A stretch of 64,000 nucleotides of DNA from Candidatus Magasanikiibacteriota bacterium (GTDB taxonomy: Bacteria > Patescibacteriota > Patescibacteriia > Magasanikbacterales > 2-02-FULL-50-9b), in contig CAITMK010000011.1 of assembly GCA_903893485.1 (NCBI GenBank), positions 6,636 through 70,635 of the forward strand. The letters are read 5' to 3'. A program made the translations under genes and the position numbers. The notes beneath the pieces were generated by a model. The model ran no database searches. It saw nothing but the letters and a program-made list of their open reading frames with translations, and was not told where the DNA came from. This document shows positions 55,679-64,000 of the stretch, piece after piece (the stretch's first letter is position 1; each line of letters starts with the position of its first letter).

Positions 55679-56961
55679 AAATCAATATATGGTGGGTGCT
55701 GCGCTGCCAAAGCAGTTACGCGAGTTTTTAGCGCTGCCAAAAAAGTTTCATCGTCGGCGTGAGTCAATGCGGCGTGCATAATTTCAGAGATAAACTCCAT
55801 ATCCTTTTCAACCAGGCCACGCGATGTCATGGCTGGTGTGCCAAAACGAATACCGGATGGATCAAATGCCTTACGTGGATCGTACGGCACGGTATTTTTA
55901 TTCACCGTGAGGCCGGCTTTGCCCAATGCAACTTCCGCAACCGCGCCGCCAATACCAAATGGCGTGACATCCATTAGAATTAAATGGTTATCCGTGCCGC
56001 CGGTAACTAATTTGCAGCCAAGCGCCATCAGCGCATCGGCCAATTTTTTTGCGTTCTTCACGACTTGCGCCCCGTAAATTTTAAATTCTGGTGACGCCGC
56101 ATGTTTGAGTGCAACAGCGATTGCAGCGGTCTGATGATTGTGTGGGCCGCCTTGCAAACCAGGGAACACGGCGCGATCAACAAGTGTTGGAATATTTTCA
56201 CGAGTTTTTGGAACGGCTTTGAGCGGCATTGATGGTAAGCCGTTACATAAAATCAAAGCGCCACGAGGGCCGCACAGCGTTTTGTGCGTGGTGGTGGTGA
56301 CAACATCGGCGTGGCCAACTGGCGACGCATGCACACCCGCCACAACAAGCCCTGCGATGTGTGAAATATCGGCCAACAAAAATGCATCAACCTCTTTTGC
56401 AATTTGTGCCATGCGTACAAAATCCAACGCGCGTGGATAGGCAGTTGTTCCACAAACTAATAATTTTGGACGCACTTCCTTTGCTTGTTTTTCAACTTCG
56501 TCGTAATTAATCCAACCGTCTTCGCCGGTTGAGTAGGGATGCGATTCAAAAAAAGTTCCTGAAAAATTAACGCCATGCCCGTGGGTTAAGTGGCCGCCAA
56601 ACGAAAGTGAAAGTCCCATGACTTTTTCGCCAGGATTAAGCAGCGCCATGTACACGGCCTGATTAGCCGGTGAGCCAGAATATGGCTGAACATTTGCATG
56701 GGTCACGCCAAAAAGCGCCTTTGCACGGTCACGTGCCAAATTTTCAATTACATCGATGTGTTCATTGCCGCCGTAATATCGTTTGCCCGGGTAGCCCTCG
56801 GAATATTTATCAGTTAAAATTGAACCAAGCGCTTCCAGAACGCCGGTTTGGGTAACATTTTCGGAGGGGATTAAATCAAAACCTTCGGAGCGGCGAGCAA
56901 GCTCTGCCATGATTGCAGCGTGAATCTCGGGGTCTTGTGAGGCAAGGTGTGGGTACAGCAT
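55675..56961 (-). CDS. glyA: Serine hydroxymethyltransferase
   Basis: LIPSENVTQTGVLEALGSILTDKYSEGYPGKRYYGG and the PLP-lysine region TTTTHKTLCGPRG. Confidence 0.9.
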   Translation of the reverse strand: MLYPHLASQDPEIHAAIMAELARRSEGFDLIPSENVTQTGVLEALGSILTDKYSEGYPGKRYYGGNEHIDVIENLARDRAKALFGVTHANVQPYSGSPANQAVYMALLNPGEKVMGLSLSFGGHLTHGHGVNFSGTFFESHPYSTGEDGWINYDEVEKQAKEVRPKLLVCGTTAYPRALDFVRMAQIAKEVDAFLLADISHIAGLVVAGVHASPVGHADVVTTTTHKTLCGPRGALILCNGLPSMPLKAVPKTRENIPTLVDRAVFPGLQGGPHNHQTAAIAVALKHAASPEFKIYGAQVVKNAKKLADALMALGCKLVTGGTDNHLILMDVTPFGIGGAVAEVALGKAGLTVNKNTVPYDPRKAFDPSGIRFGTPAMTSRGLVEKDMEFISEIMHAALTHADDETFLAALKTRVTALAAQHPPYIDL

Positions 56962-56977
56962 GGGAATGAAGATAAAA

Positions 56978-58741
56978 TCATACCGATTTTACCATGTAGG
57001 TGCCGGCTCGTACATACCCAATTTTTTCGTAAAAACCGCGTACACCAACGCCCGAAATTACGGTCATGCTGTGGCGCCCGCTGACGCGCACAATTTCTTC
57101 GGCCGCGAGCATTAAGCGTTTGCCAAGTCCTCGATGTTGCTGATCTGATGCGTTTGCAATTGCTGCAACCGGAACCAAAAAACCGTACGTATGCAGTTCG
57201 CGAATAAATGAAGTGTGTTTTGTTTCGGGCAAAAGTTCGTGGAGTTTTTTTACCTGATCATCAACGGCTTCGTCGGGAATATACAAACGCGCAAACGCAA
57301 ATACCGCGCGGCGCTGCGTGTCTTCGAGCGACAAAAAATATTCAGTGCCCTGCGATGCGCGATATTTTTCCGTGAATAATTCAAGATGATCAACTTCGAA
57401 AGCAATTTCTGGAATATCTTTAGCAACGTGGCCAACCTCGCGGCAACGCAAACACAAGCACGCGCGGCCTTCTTTGTGCAGTTGCGTTTGGATTGCTTCT
57501 CGCAAATTGGTAACCGTGTTGCCCGCAATAATTTCGTTGCCCGGAATATCGCGAATGAGGCGCGAGATGCGGCAGTAGCGGGGAATTAAATTTGCTTTTA
57601 CATCGGCAAGCATTTTTTGCAAAAGTGGTAGCGCGTATGGTGTGTATTCGCCGCGCGCATGCCATTCGGCAATTTCGGCGGTTGGCGTTACGACGCACGG
57701 ATAAATTTTAATCATGTCTGGGCGCAAATCTTCGCGCTCAAAAATTTCTTCGTACATTTTGTAATCCTTTTCAGGCGTGGTGCCTGGAAGTTGCGGCATG
57801 GTGTGCACATCAACTTTAAAACCCGCATGACGCAAAAGGCGCATGGCCTCGGCGGTTTGCTCAATCGTGTGGCCACGTTTTACCAATTCTAAAATTTCGT
57901 TGTCCGTGTGCTGCAAACCTAATTCTACGCGGGTGCAGCCCAGCATGCGCAGCTGCCACAGCGTGTTGGGGCGGATCCAATCAGGGCGCGTTTCCAATGT
58001 TAATCCAATAATGCGGCTGCCGGTTTTTTCGTTCAGCACCTGCGCGGTTTCCAGACGCACTAATTCTTCGCCGACAAATTTTTCAATTTCAGCGTGCGTT
58101 CGGAGCGTCGGCGTGTCGGTAAAACTAAATGTACCAGATTCGTGATTGGTACGAATCGTGTGGTCGTCGCCGGTTTCATCAGTAATACCAAACGCATTGC
58201 ACGCATCAAAACAGCGGCGAATAAACCATAGTTGATAATGCCAGGTATACGCGCTCCAGGTGCCACCCTTAATGATCAGTTCAACTTTATCGGTTGGATG
58301 ACCATTGGCCGCGAGCATGGTGAGGCGGCCATACACTTGCGCAAACGGATCAAATTCAAAACGAAGCGCGCGCTGGGCAGCTGGCTCGGTTTCGATGTAA
58401 CTTTTTGGCATGCGGACTTCGGTTGGGCAATAGGTGCAGGTGCCAGGGCATGGAAACGGCTTGGTAAGCGCGGTAATAATTGCAACACCACTTTGGGTGC
58501 GGACCGCGCGTTTTTTAAGTAAATTATCTAAAACTTTGGTTGGCGGAATTTCGCCTGAGGACACCATTTCCACAAAAGCTCGGCGCAAAGCCGCGGTGGA
58601 AGGAGGGTCGCTGTGGTGTTCAGATACCACTTGTTGCTTCAATTGTAAAAATTCCTCAGGCGTTGTACACTGAAGACCTCGACGGATTATCTCTTTATTT
58701 ATTTCGTGAGGAATCATATGAAACCAGAGTTGGCACAGCAA
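56978..58741 (-). CDS. Elp3-like radical SAM / GNAT acetyltransferase (tRNA wobble-uridine modification family)
   Basis: Radical SAM Cys cluster CPGTCTYCP near the N-terminus; C-terminal GNAT fold (GLGKRLMLAAEEIV...GVGVRGFYEKIGY); about 580 aa. The start could be MIPHEI at 58717. Confidence 0.7.
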   Translation of the reverse strand: MLCQLWFHMIPHEINKEIIRRGLQCTTPEEFLQLKQQVVSEHHSDPPSTAALRRAFVEMVSSGEIPPTKVLDNLLKKRAVRTQSGVAIITALTKPFPCPGTCTYCPTEVRMPKSYIETEPAAQRALRFEFDPFAQVYGRLTMLAANGHPTDKVELIIKGGTWSAYTWHYQLWFIRRCFDACNAFGITDETGDDHTIRTNHESGTFSFTDTPTLRTHAEIEKFVGEELVRLETAQVLNEKTGSRIIGLTLETRPDWIRPNTLWQLRMLGCTRVELGLQHTDNEILELVKRGHTIEQTAEAMRLLRHAGFKVDVHTMPQLPGTTPEKDYKMYEEIFEREDLRPDMIKIYPCVVTPTAEIAEWHARGEYTPYALPLLQKMLADVKANLIPRYCRISRLIRDIPGNEIIAGNTVTNLREAIQTQLHKEGRACLCLRCREVGHVAKDIPEIAFEVDHLELFTEKYRASQGTEYFLSLEDTQRRAVFAFARLYIPDEAVDDQVKKLHELLPETKHTSFIRELHTYGFLVPVAAIANASDQQHRGLGKRLMLAAEEIVRVSGRHSMTVISGVGVRGFYEKIGYVRAGTYMVKSV

Positions 58742-59443
58742 TTACTAAAGGCAACCGTGGCACAGTATAACCGCATTGCGGTTGAATTTGATAGTGCCCG
58801 CAGTACAGCCTCTGATTTTACTGCATTGACACGATTTGTCAAACCAGGAGACCTGGTGGTTGACGTGGCTTGCGGCAATGGCCGTTTGGCCGCTGCTTTT
58901 GCCGATCAGGAGGTCCGAATGATTGGCACGGATGGCTCAAAGGAACTTATCACAATTGCCCGTGAACGCTATGCCACCGAGATTGAAAAAGGATGGCTTG
59001 GATTTACCGTTGCGGACATTATGGAATTGCCGTTCGATCACGCGCAGTTCGATGTGTGCTTTTTCATGGCAGCGCTGCATCATGTGCCAAGTCACGCGAT
59101 GCGTATTGCCGTGATGCGAGATCTTAAAAAGATTATTAAACCAGGCGCACGCGTTATTGGTAGCGTGTGGAACTTGCGTGCAACACTTTTTACTCAGCGC
59201 TACGATTTGGAAACGCAGCTGGTAACGCCACGCTCGGGCCACGATGTGGGCGATGTATTTATTCCATGGAAATCAGGTGGTGCGGCCGAAGAACGGTATT
59301 GCCATGCGTTTACCATTGAAGAGCTTCAGGATTTGTTTACTGAGGTCGGATTTGTTATTGAAGAGTTATATCCAGTCGATCGCATGTTTGAAAAAGTAGA
59401 ATTTGCGGACTCACTGAATATCTTTTTTGTGCTCCGTGGATAA
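58718..59443 (+). CDS. Class I SAM-dependent methyltransferase
   Basis: Motif I LVVDVACGNGRL, motif post-I IGTDGS; divergent from the Elp3-like gene. Confidence 0.7.
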   Translation: MKPELAQQLLKATVAQYNRIAVEFDSARSTASDFTALTRFVKPGDLVVDVACGNGRLAAAFADQEVRMIGTDGSKELITIARERYATEIEKGWLGFTVADIMELPFDHAQFDVCFFMAALHHVPSHAMRIAVMRDLKKIIKPGARVIGSVWNLRATLFTQRYDLETQLVTPRSGHDVGDVFIPWKSGGAAEERYCHAFTIEELQDLFTEVGFVIEELYPVDRMFEKVEFADSLNIFFVLRG

Positions 59444-59499
59444 CTGATCTTGCACGGATACGTTCTTTTTGTTATCATCAAAAATATAAAATTACAATT

Positions 59500-59667
59500 A
59501 TGCTTACAACAACCGGTACCGACGAAGTTGCATTAGACGATGACGCAGATTTCGATGAAGATGCTGAAGAATTAGAAGGTTTTGGCCTCGCCGACGAAGA
59601 AGCTGAACCAGGTCAAAGCGATCTCATGGGTTCATCAGACGATGCATACTGGGACGAAGAAAAATAA
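59500..59667 (+). CDS. Small highly acidic protein (55 aa)
   Basis: MLTTTGTDEVALDDDADFDEDAEELEGFGLADEEAEPGQSDLMGSSDDAYWDEEK; ends 4 nt before dus; not in the ORF track (below the length cut-off). Confidence 0.3.
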   Translation: MLTTTGTDEVALDDDADFDEDAEELEGFGLADEEAEPGQSDLMGSSDDAYWDEEK

Positions 59668-59671
59668 TTAA

Positions 59672-60649
59672 ATGATTTCTTGGGGCACGTTGCCAAAACC
59701 AATCATTGCACTTTCACCAATGGCGGACATGACTGATTCGCCATTTTGTCGTATTGCAAAAGAATTTGGATGGCCCGTGGTGTTCCGCGAGATGGTTTCT
59801 TCAGAGGCGCTGGTTCGTGAGTCAGCAAAAACCTTGCATATGGCCGCGTTTCACGAAGAAGAACGTCCGCTGATTCAGCAAATTTTTGGTAAGGACCCGC
59901 TCATTATGGCGCGGGCCGCAGAAATTATTGAAAAGAATTTTGCACCCGATGGTATCGACATTAATATGGGATGTCCGGTGTATAAAATCGTTTCTGATTT
60001 TAACGGCGCGTGCCTCATGAAAGATCCAGCACGTGCCACGGCGATTGTACGCGAAATGAAAAAAGCCGTGCAGGCGCCGATTTCGGTTAAGATTCGTTTG
60101 GGTTGGTCTGATCCAACCGAATGTTTAGATTTTGTAAAACAGCTCGAAGAAGCCGGCGCGGAATTAATTACCATTCACGGTCGCACACGCGCACAAGGGT
60201 ACAGTGGTGTTGCCGATTGGGAAATGGTTGGCCGCGCAAAGCAGCAAGTTTCAATTCCGGTATTGTGTAACGGCGACATTCATACGCCAGAAAAAGTTTT
60301 TGAAGCGCTAAAAATTTCTGGTTGCGATGGCGCGCTCATAGCACGCGGCGCTTTGGGCTGTCCATGGTTTTATCAGCACTACGCCGAAATTCGTGACACG
60401 GGCGTGCGCCAAACGGAAATCACACCTGCATTTCGGGCCGACGTTGTGTTGCGTCATGCGCAGTTGCACATGGCAGAGTATGGTCCGCGCGGCATTACCA
60501 CATTCCGCAAACATTTATCGTGGTACTTTAAAGGTATCGAAGGAATTAAATCATTTCGTACCGAATTAATGCAAGTCAATTCAATGGAGCGGTTGCAGGA
60601 ATTGTTGGCGCAGTTTGTAGCCGATAGCGGTACAGCTTCAGGGATTTAG
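59672..60649 (+). CDS. dusB: tRNA-dihydrouridine synthase
   Basis: LSPMADMTD...INMGCPVYKIV...IHGRTRAQ...NGDI motifs of the Dus TIM barrel. Confidence 0.8.
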   Translation: MISWGTLPKPIIALSPMADMTDSPFCRIAKEFGWPVVFREMVSSEALVRESAKTLHMAAFHEEERPLIQQIFGKDPLIMARAAEIIEKNFAPDGIDINMGCPVYKIVSDFNGACLMKDPARATAIVREMKKAVQAPISVKIRLGWSDPTECLDFVKQLEEAGAELITIHGRTRAQGYSGVADWEMVGRAKQQVSIPVLCNGDIHTPEKVFEALKISGCDGALIARGALGCPWFYQHYAEIRDTGVRQTEITPAFRADVVLRHAQLHMAEYGPRGITTFRKHLSWYFKGIEGIKSFRTELMQVNSMERLQELLAQFVADSGTASGI

Positions 60650-61127
60650 GCGCCTCAAATATTTTTTCCGGCGTCATGCCAGGCAATTCCCAAACGTAAT
60701 TAATCAGGCGAGCGCCGTTGGGCAGCTCGTTTATTTTTTTTAATAAGTGGTCAAACGATTTTGGCATTAAAAAAGTATACACAACCGTGGTGCGGCTTAC
60801 ATCTGCTTTCCAAAAATTTCTAAAATAAATTTTCGGGCGTATATTGCGCGGCGTAAATAAACAGCGCACTTGCGCAATCAAATAGGGAAGCAAGGATATT
60901 TCATATCCAATGGCCTCAGCCGCTCCGGCGCGCATGGCAGCAAAAAGTAATCGGCCATCGCCGCAGCCTAAGTCGACAACCACGTCAGTTGGTAAAATTT
61001 CGCCAGCTTCAATGAATCGCGTGACGTCTGAAGCGCGGGCTGGTACCCAGGGCGCTGCAGAATAACCACCAATCACAAACGTGAACATGAATAAAAAAAT
61101 GATTGCAAAAAGAATGTGCAACACCAT
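60576..61127 (-). CDS. Membrane-anchored class I SAM-dependent methyltransferase
   Basis: N-terminal TM; VVDLGCGDGRLLFAA motif I. The start was chosen at MVLHIL, directly after the upstream stop; the ORF track allows 61199. Confidence 0.55.
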   Translation of the reverse strand: MVLHILFAIIFLFMFTFVIGGYSAAPWVPARASDVTRFIEAGEILPTDVVVDLGCGDGRLLFAAMRAGAAEAIGYEISLLPYLIAQVRCLFTPRNIRPKIYFRNFWKADVSRTTVVYTFLMPKSFDHLLKKINELPNGARLINYVWELPGMTPEKIFEAPKSLKLYRYRLQTAPTIPATAPLN

Positions 61128-61128
61128 A

Positions 61129-62376
61129 TTACTCGTAACGAAGTGCTTCCACTGGGCTGCGTTTTGCAGCTTGCTGCGCCGGATATAATCCAAACACAAT
61201 ACCTGTTACCGTTGAAACGGTTGCAGACAAAATAAGTGCGCTTGCAGGCATCATAAAAATCCAACCCGCTTGACCACCAAAATTTTTAATGACGTAGGCA
61301 ATTACATAACTGAGTGAACCGCCGAGTACCGTACCAATAATGCCACCAACCATTGTAAGCATTAACGATTCAAGTAAAAATTGCAAAATAATTTCTTTAT
61401 TTTTAGCACCAAGCGCTTTGCGTAAACCAATTTCTTTGGTTCGTTCCATAACAGACACCAGCATAATATTCATAATACCAATGCCGCCAACAATTAATGA
61501 AATGCTGGCGATGGCAGTTAAAAATGCGGTCATGACAGACGTAATATTGCCGAGCAAAGATAACACATCGGCTTGAGTACGAATCGTAAAATCATCTTTA
61601 TCTGGATTGGTAATGCGATGACTGCTGCGCATGATTTTGGTGATACGATCTTTTACAAAATTAATATCGTACTGCGGCTGCGCCTCGATGGAAACTGAGT
61701 TGTAAAAATTAATACCAAGCAATTGTTTTTGTGCAACTGACATTGGAATGATAACTAAACTGTCTTGATCGATACCAAATGCACCAACACCTTTTTGCTC
61801 AAGCACACCGATAATGCGAAAGGGAATATCTTTGAGGCGCACAATTTTTCCAATTGGTTCGCGCGCACCAAATAAATCGGTTGCAAGTTGTGAGCCAATA
61901 ATGGCAACGCGACTTGCGCCGGTGACATCCTGCTCGGTAAACGCGGCGCCTTTTGCAACATTAAAATTTCTGATACCAAAAAAATCTGGCGTGCTGCCTT
62001 CAAAAGTAACCTGAGTATCTTTATCTTCAAAAACCATGCGGGCGCCACCACGAACATCGGGCGCTAAACGTTTAATAGATGGCTCTTGTTTGAGCGCATT
62101 GATATCTGCCTCGACAAGTGTTTTTATAACGATACCAAGCGATGATTGCGGCGCAGAAAGCTGTGAGCCTTTCGTTGCACCCGGCACCACAAAAATTAAA
62201 TTGGAGCCAACGCCTTGCACTTGATTAATAATCAGCGCCTTGGCAGACGCGCCAATAGACATGAGGAGCATCACGGACGCGATACCGATAACAATACCAA
62301 GCATGGTAAGAAGCGAGCGAATTTTCGCGTTGCTCACGCCTTCATATGCGGTGCGGACAGCATCAGTTAATTTCAT
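61129..62376 (-). CDS. ABC transporter permease (MacB-like, FtsX domain)
   Basis: Paralog of 24845–26068: same TM1-periplasmic domain-FtsX architecture, RTKEIGLRKALGA. Confidence 0.8.
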   Translation of the reverse strand: MKLTDAVRTAYEGVSNAKIRSLLTMLGIVIGIASVMLLMSIGASAKALIINQVQGVGSNLIFVVPGATKGSQLSAPQSSLGIVIKTLVEADINALKQEPSIKRLAPDVRGGARMVFEDKDTQVTFEGSTPDFFGIRNFNVAKGAAFTEQDVTGASRVAIIGSQLATDLFGAREPIGKIVRLKDIPFRIIGVLEQKGVGAFGIDQDSLVIIPMSVAQKQLLGINFYNSVSIEAQPQYDINFVKDRITKIMRSSHRITNPDKDDFTIRTQADVLSLLGNITSVMTAFLTAIASISLIVGGIGIMNIMLVSVMERTKEIGLRKALGAKNKEIILQFLLESLMLTMVGGIIGTVLGGSLSYVIAYVIKNFGGQAGWIFMMPASALILSATVSTVTGIVFGLYPAQQAAKRSPVEALRYE

Positions 62377-63050
62377 AGCGCGGTGTCTGAATCAACCAGA
62401 CCATCTTTAATGCGAATTAAACGATTGGCATATTGTGCAGTTGCAAGATCGTGCGTAACTAAAATTACCGTGCGGCCATCTTCATGTAATTTTTTGAGAA
62501 TTTCCATAACTTGTTTGCCGGATGCGGAATCAAGATTGCCCGTTGGTTCATCTGCGAAAACCACCGCGGGATTTGCAACCAAAGCGCGTGCAATCGCAAC
62601 ACGTTGTTTTTGCCCACCAGATAATTTGCCCGCGGCAATTTGTAATCTTTCAGTAAGCCCAACATTTGCAACCGCGGCTTCAATGCGTGATTTACGCGCG
62701 TCAGCGGGTAGGGAAACGCTGTACAAAAGTGGTAGTTCAACATTGCGATACACCGAAACGCGCGGCAATAAATTAAACGATTGAAACACAAAGCCGATCG
62801 TTTCGTTGCGAAATGTTGCGAGTGCCGCGTCGTCCAAGGTTTGCATTTCTTTTTCTTCGAATTTAATAATGCCCGCGGTTGGGCGATCCAAAAAACTCAG
62901 CATTTGAAGCAGCGTTGATTTACCAGAACCAGATGGACCCATGATCGCTACAAATTCACCCTGGTTAATCGTCAGGGAAATTCCTTTCAGCGCATTGGTG
63001 GTAATGTCGTTATCGACGTATACCTTGGTAATGTTGGTGGCGGTAATCAT
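62373..63050 (-). CDS. ABC transporter ATP-binding protein (MacB/LolD type)
   Basis: Walker [12 protein letters not shown], signature [15 protein letters not shown], Walker [12 protein letters not shown]. The start was chosen at MITATN, 2 nt after the upstream stop. Confidence 0.85.
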   Translation of the reverse strand: MITATNITKVYVDNDITTNALKGISLTINQGEFVAIMGPSGSGKSTLLQMLSFLDRPTAGIIKFEEKEMQTLDDAALATFRNETIGFVFQSFNLLPRVSVYRNVELPLLYSVSLPADARKSRIEAAVANVGLTERLQIAAGKLSGGQKQRVAIARALVANPAVVFADEPTGNLDSASGKQVMEILKKLHEDGRTVILVTHDLATAQYANRLIRIKDGLVDSDTAL

Positions 63051-63051
63051 G

Positions 63052-64000
63052 TTATTTGAGGCCAACGCTTTCGACCTGGTCATTTTCGGCAAGACCGCTG
63101 GTGATTTCGACGACACCATTCGTACCGCGCATGCCCATGGTAATTTTCGTTTTTTGACTTGGCGCACCTGCGACAATTTTTTGTACAAATGCACCGGCAT
63201 CTTCTTCGCTGATGGTATATTCCGGTAATGTCAAAACATTTTCTTTTTTCTGCGCATGAATTGTTAAGTTTGCGGTCAAACCACTTTTAACGCGCGCATC
63301 TTCTGTTTGCAATGCGATTACAATTTTGTAATTTACCACACCATCGATAATGGTTTCAGCTGGATCGATAAACGAAACATGTGCGGGAAAATTATCGCTA
63401 CCGATCGCATCAAAGGTCACAGCAACATCGTTACCCACGGCTAATTTACCAACGTCAACTTCAGGAACCTGGGCTTCAATTTCCAATGCGTTTGGTGCGA
63501 TTACGGTTGCAACCGTTGCATTTGGCGCCGCGATTTCACCACGTTGAATATCGAGGAAGGTAACGGTGCCATCAATCGGTGAACGCAACGCAAATTTTGC
63601 TAATTGCGCACTATATAACTGAACCGTAGCGGCCGCTGAGGCGACCTGCGCCTCCTGCGCTTTGATTTGATCCGGCACAACGCCTGCATTTTGCAGCGCA
63701 AGAGTATTTTGAAGCTTACTCAAGGCTAGTTTTTGCGTGACAATATTTTGTTGCAGTGCCTGCACGGCAGTTTGTGCGGTGACCAAATTAGTTATTGCAA
63801 GACTAATATTGGTACGATAAACCGCAACGGTTGCATCATTTTGTAAACACTGATTTGCGATTGAAACACGCGTTACATCCAAAAATTGTTTGATAAGCGT
63901 AAGCTGGCTTGCTGCATCCGCCAAAATACGTTCCTTTTCGGTTGCGTCGGTGGTTGCTGAAATATCTGTTACATCTTTTTGAATCCGCGCTAATATATAG
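63052..64000 (-). CDS. Efflux adaptor subunit (HlyD/MacA family), 5'-truncated by the window end
   Basis: C-terminal beta-barrel/MPD region and coiled coil; the ORF runs off the window end. Confidence 0.7.
   Translation of the reverse strand, partial: YILARIQKDVTDISATTDATEKERILADAASQLTLIKQFLDVTRVSIANQCLQNDATVAVYRTNISLAITNLVTAQTAVQALQQNIVTQKLALSKLQNTLALQNAGVVPDQIKAQEAQVASAAATVQLYSAQLAKFALRSPIDGTVTFLDIQRGEIAAPNATVATVIAPNALEIEAQVPEVDVGKLAVGNDVAVTFDAIGSDNFPAHVSFIDPAETIIDGVVNYKIVIALQTEDARVKSGLTANLTIHAQKKENVLTLPEYTISEEDAGAFVQKIVAGAPSQKTKITMGMRGTNGVVEITSGLAENDQVESVGLK

Noticed and set aside
1-64000. Search for CRISPR arrays, rRNA genes or IS-type transposases
   Set aside because: No regularly spaced direct repeats with unique spacers, no rRNA-like conserved stretches and no DDE-transposase-like ORFs were seen. 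The only recombinase is the serine recombinase at 41459–43147.

Overview
This 64 kb window reads as the chromosome of a small-genome bacterium with cell-wall genes, plausibly a Patescibacteria/CPR-like organism. The lineage call is inference from gene content only. G+C looks moderate (mid-40s % by eye, not computed), and TGA is used as a stop codon. The housekeeping backbone includes two GT2 glycosyltransferases, an RmlA-like sugar nucleotidyltransferase, MurA, an S41 peptidase, Era, L27, a NifU-like protein, MraY–FtsW–MurG, a MurE-like ligase, MurF, a FtsB-like protein, a PrsA-like PPIase, FtsE/FtsX, TypA, TsaE, FolD, GlyA, an Elp3-like enzyme, Dus and methyltransferases. There is also an oxidative-stress cluster (DoxX, Bcp, SOD, 2-Cys peroxiredoxin), a secreted S8 protease, a thermonuclease with a divergently oriented MliC-like lipoprotein, a giant 1829-aa protein, and two paralogous MacAB/HlyD-type efflux loci, one beside an ECF sigma factor. 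Seven tRNAs are present: Lys-TTT, Gly-CCC, Gly-GCC, Thr-CGT, Gln-TTG and Glu-CTC (the last on the minus strand). The most notable accessory feature is an AT-rich island of about 7 kb (~35.9–43.2 kb). It ends in a large serine recombinase whose 3' end overlaps tRNA-Glu on the opposite strand. Its cargo includes an AlbA_2/Schlafen-like domain protein, an HTH protein, membrane proteins and a secreted HNH nuclease with no canonical start codon. An inverted partial copy of the tRNA 3' end sits at the other side of the island. Separately, four short patches with sharply higher G+C (12.0–12.9, 28.45–29.3, 43.9–44.8 and 46.85–47.95 kb) carry orphan genes. Each has its own TTGAC(A/T)-type promoter, strong Shine–Dalgarno and terminator, and three of the four lie next to tRNA genes. 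A tRNA-Lys 3'-end duplication flanks a 138 bp palindromic insert, and a 101 bp nested perfect inverted repeat lies immediately after typA. No CRISPR array or rRNA gene was seen.
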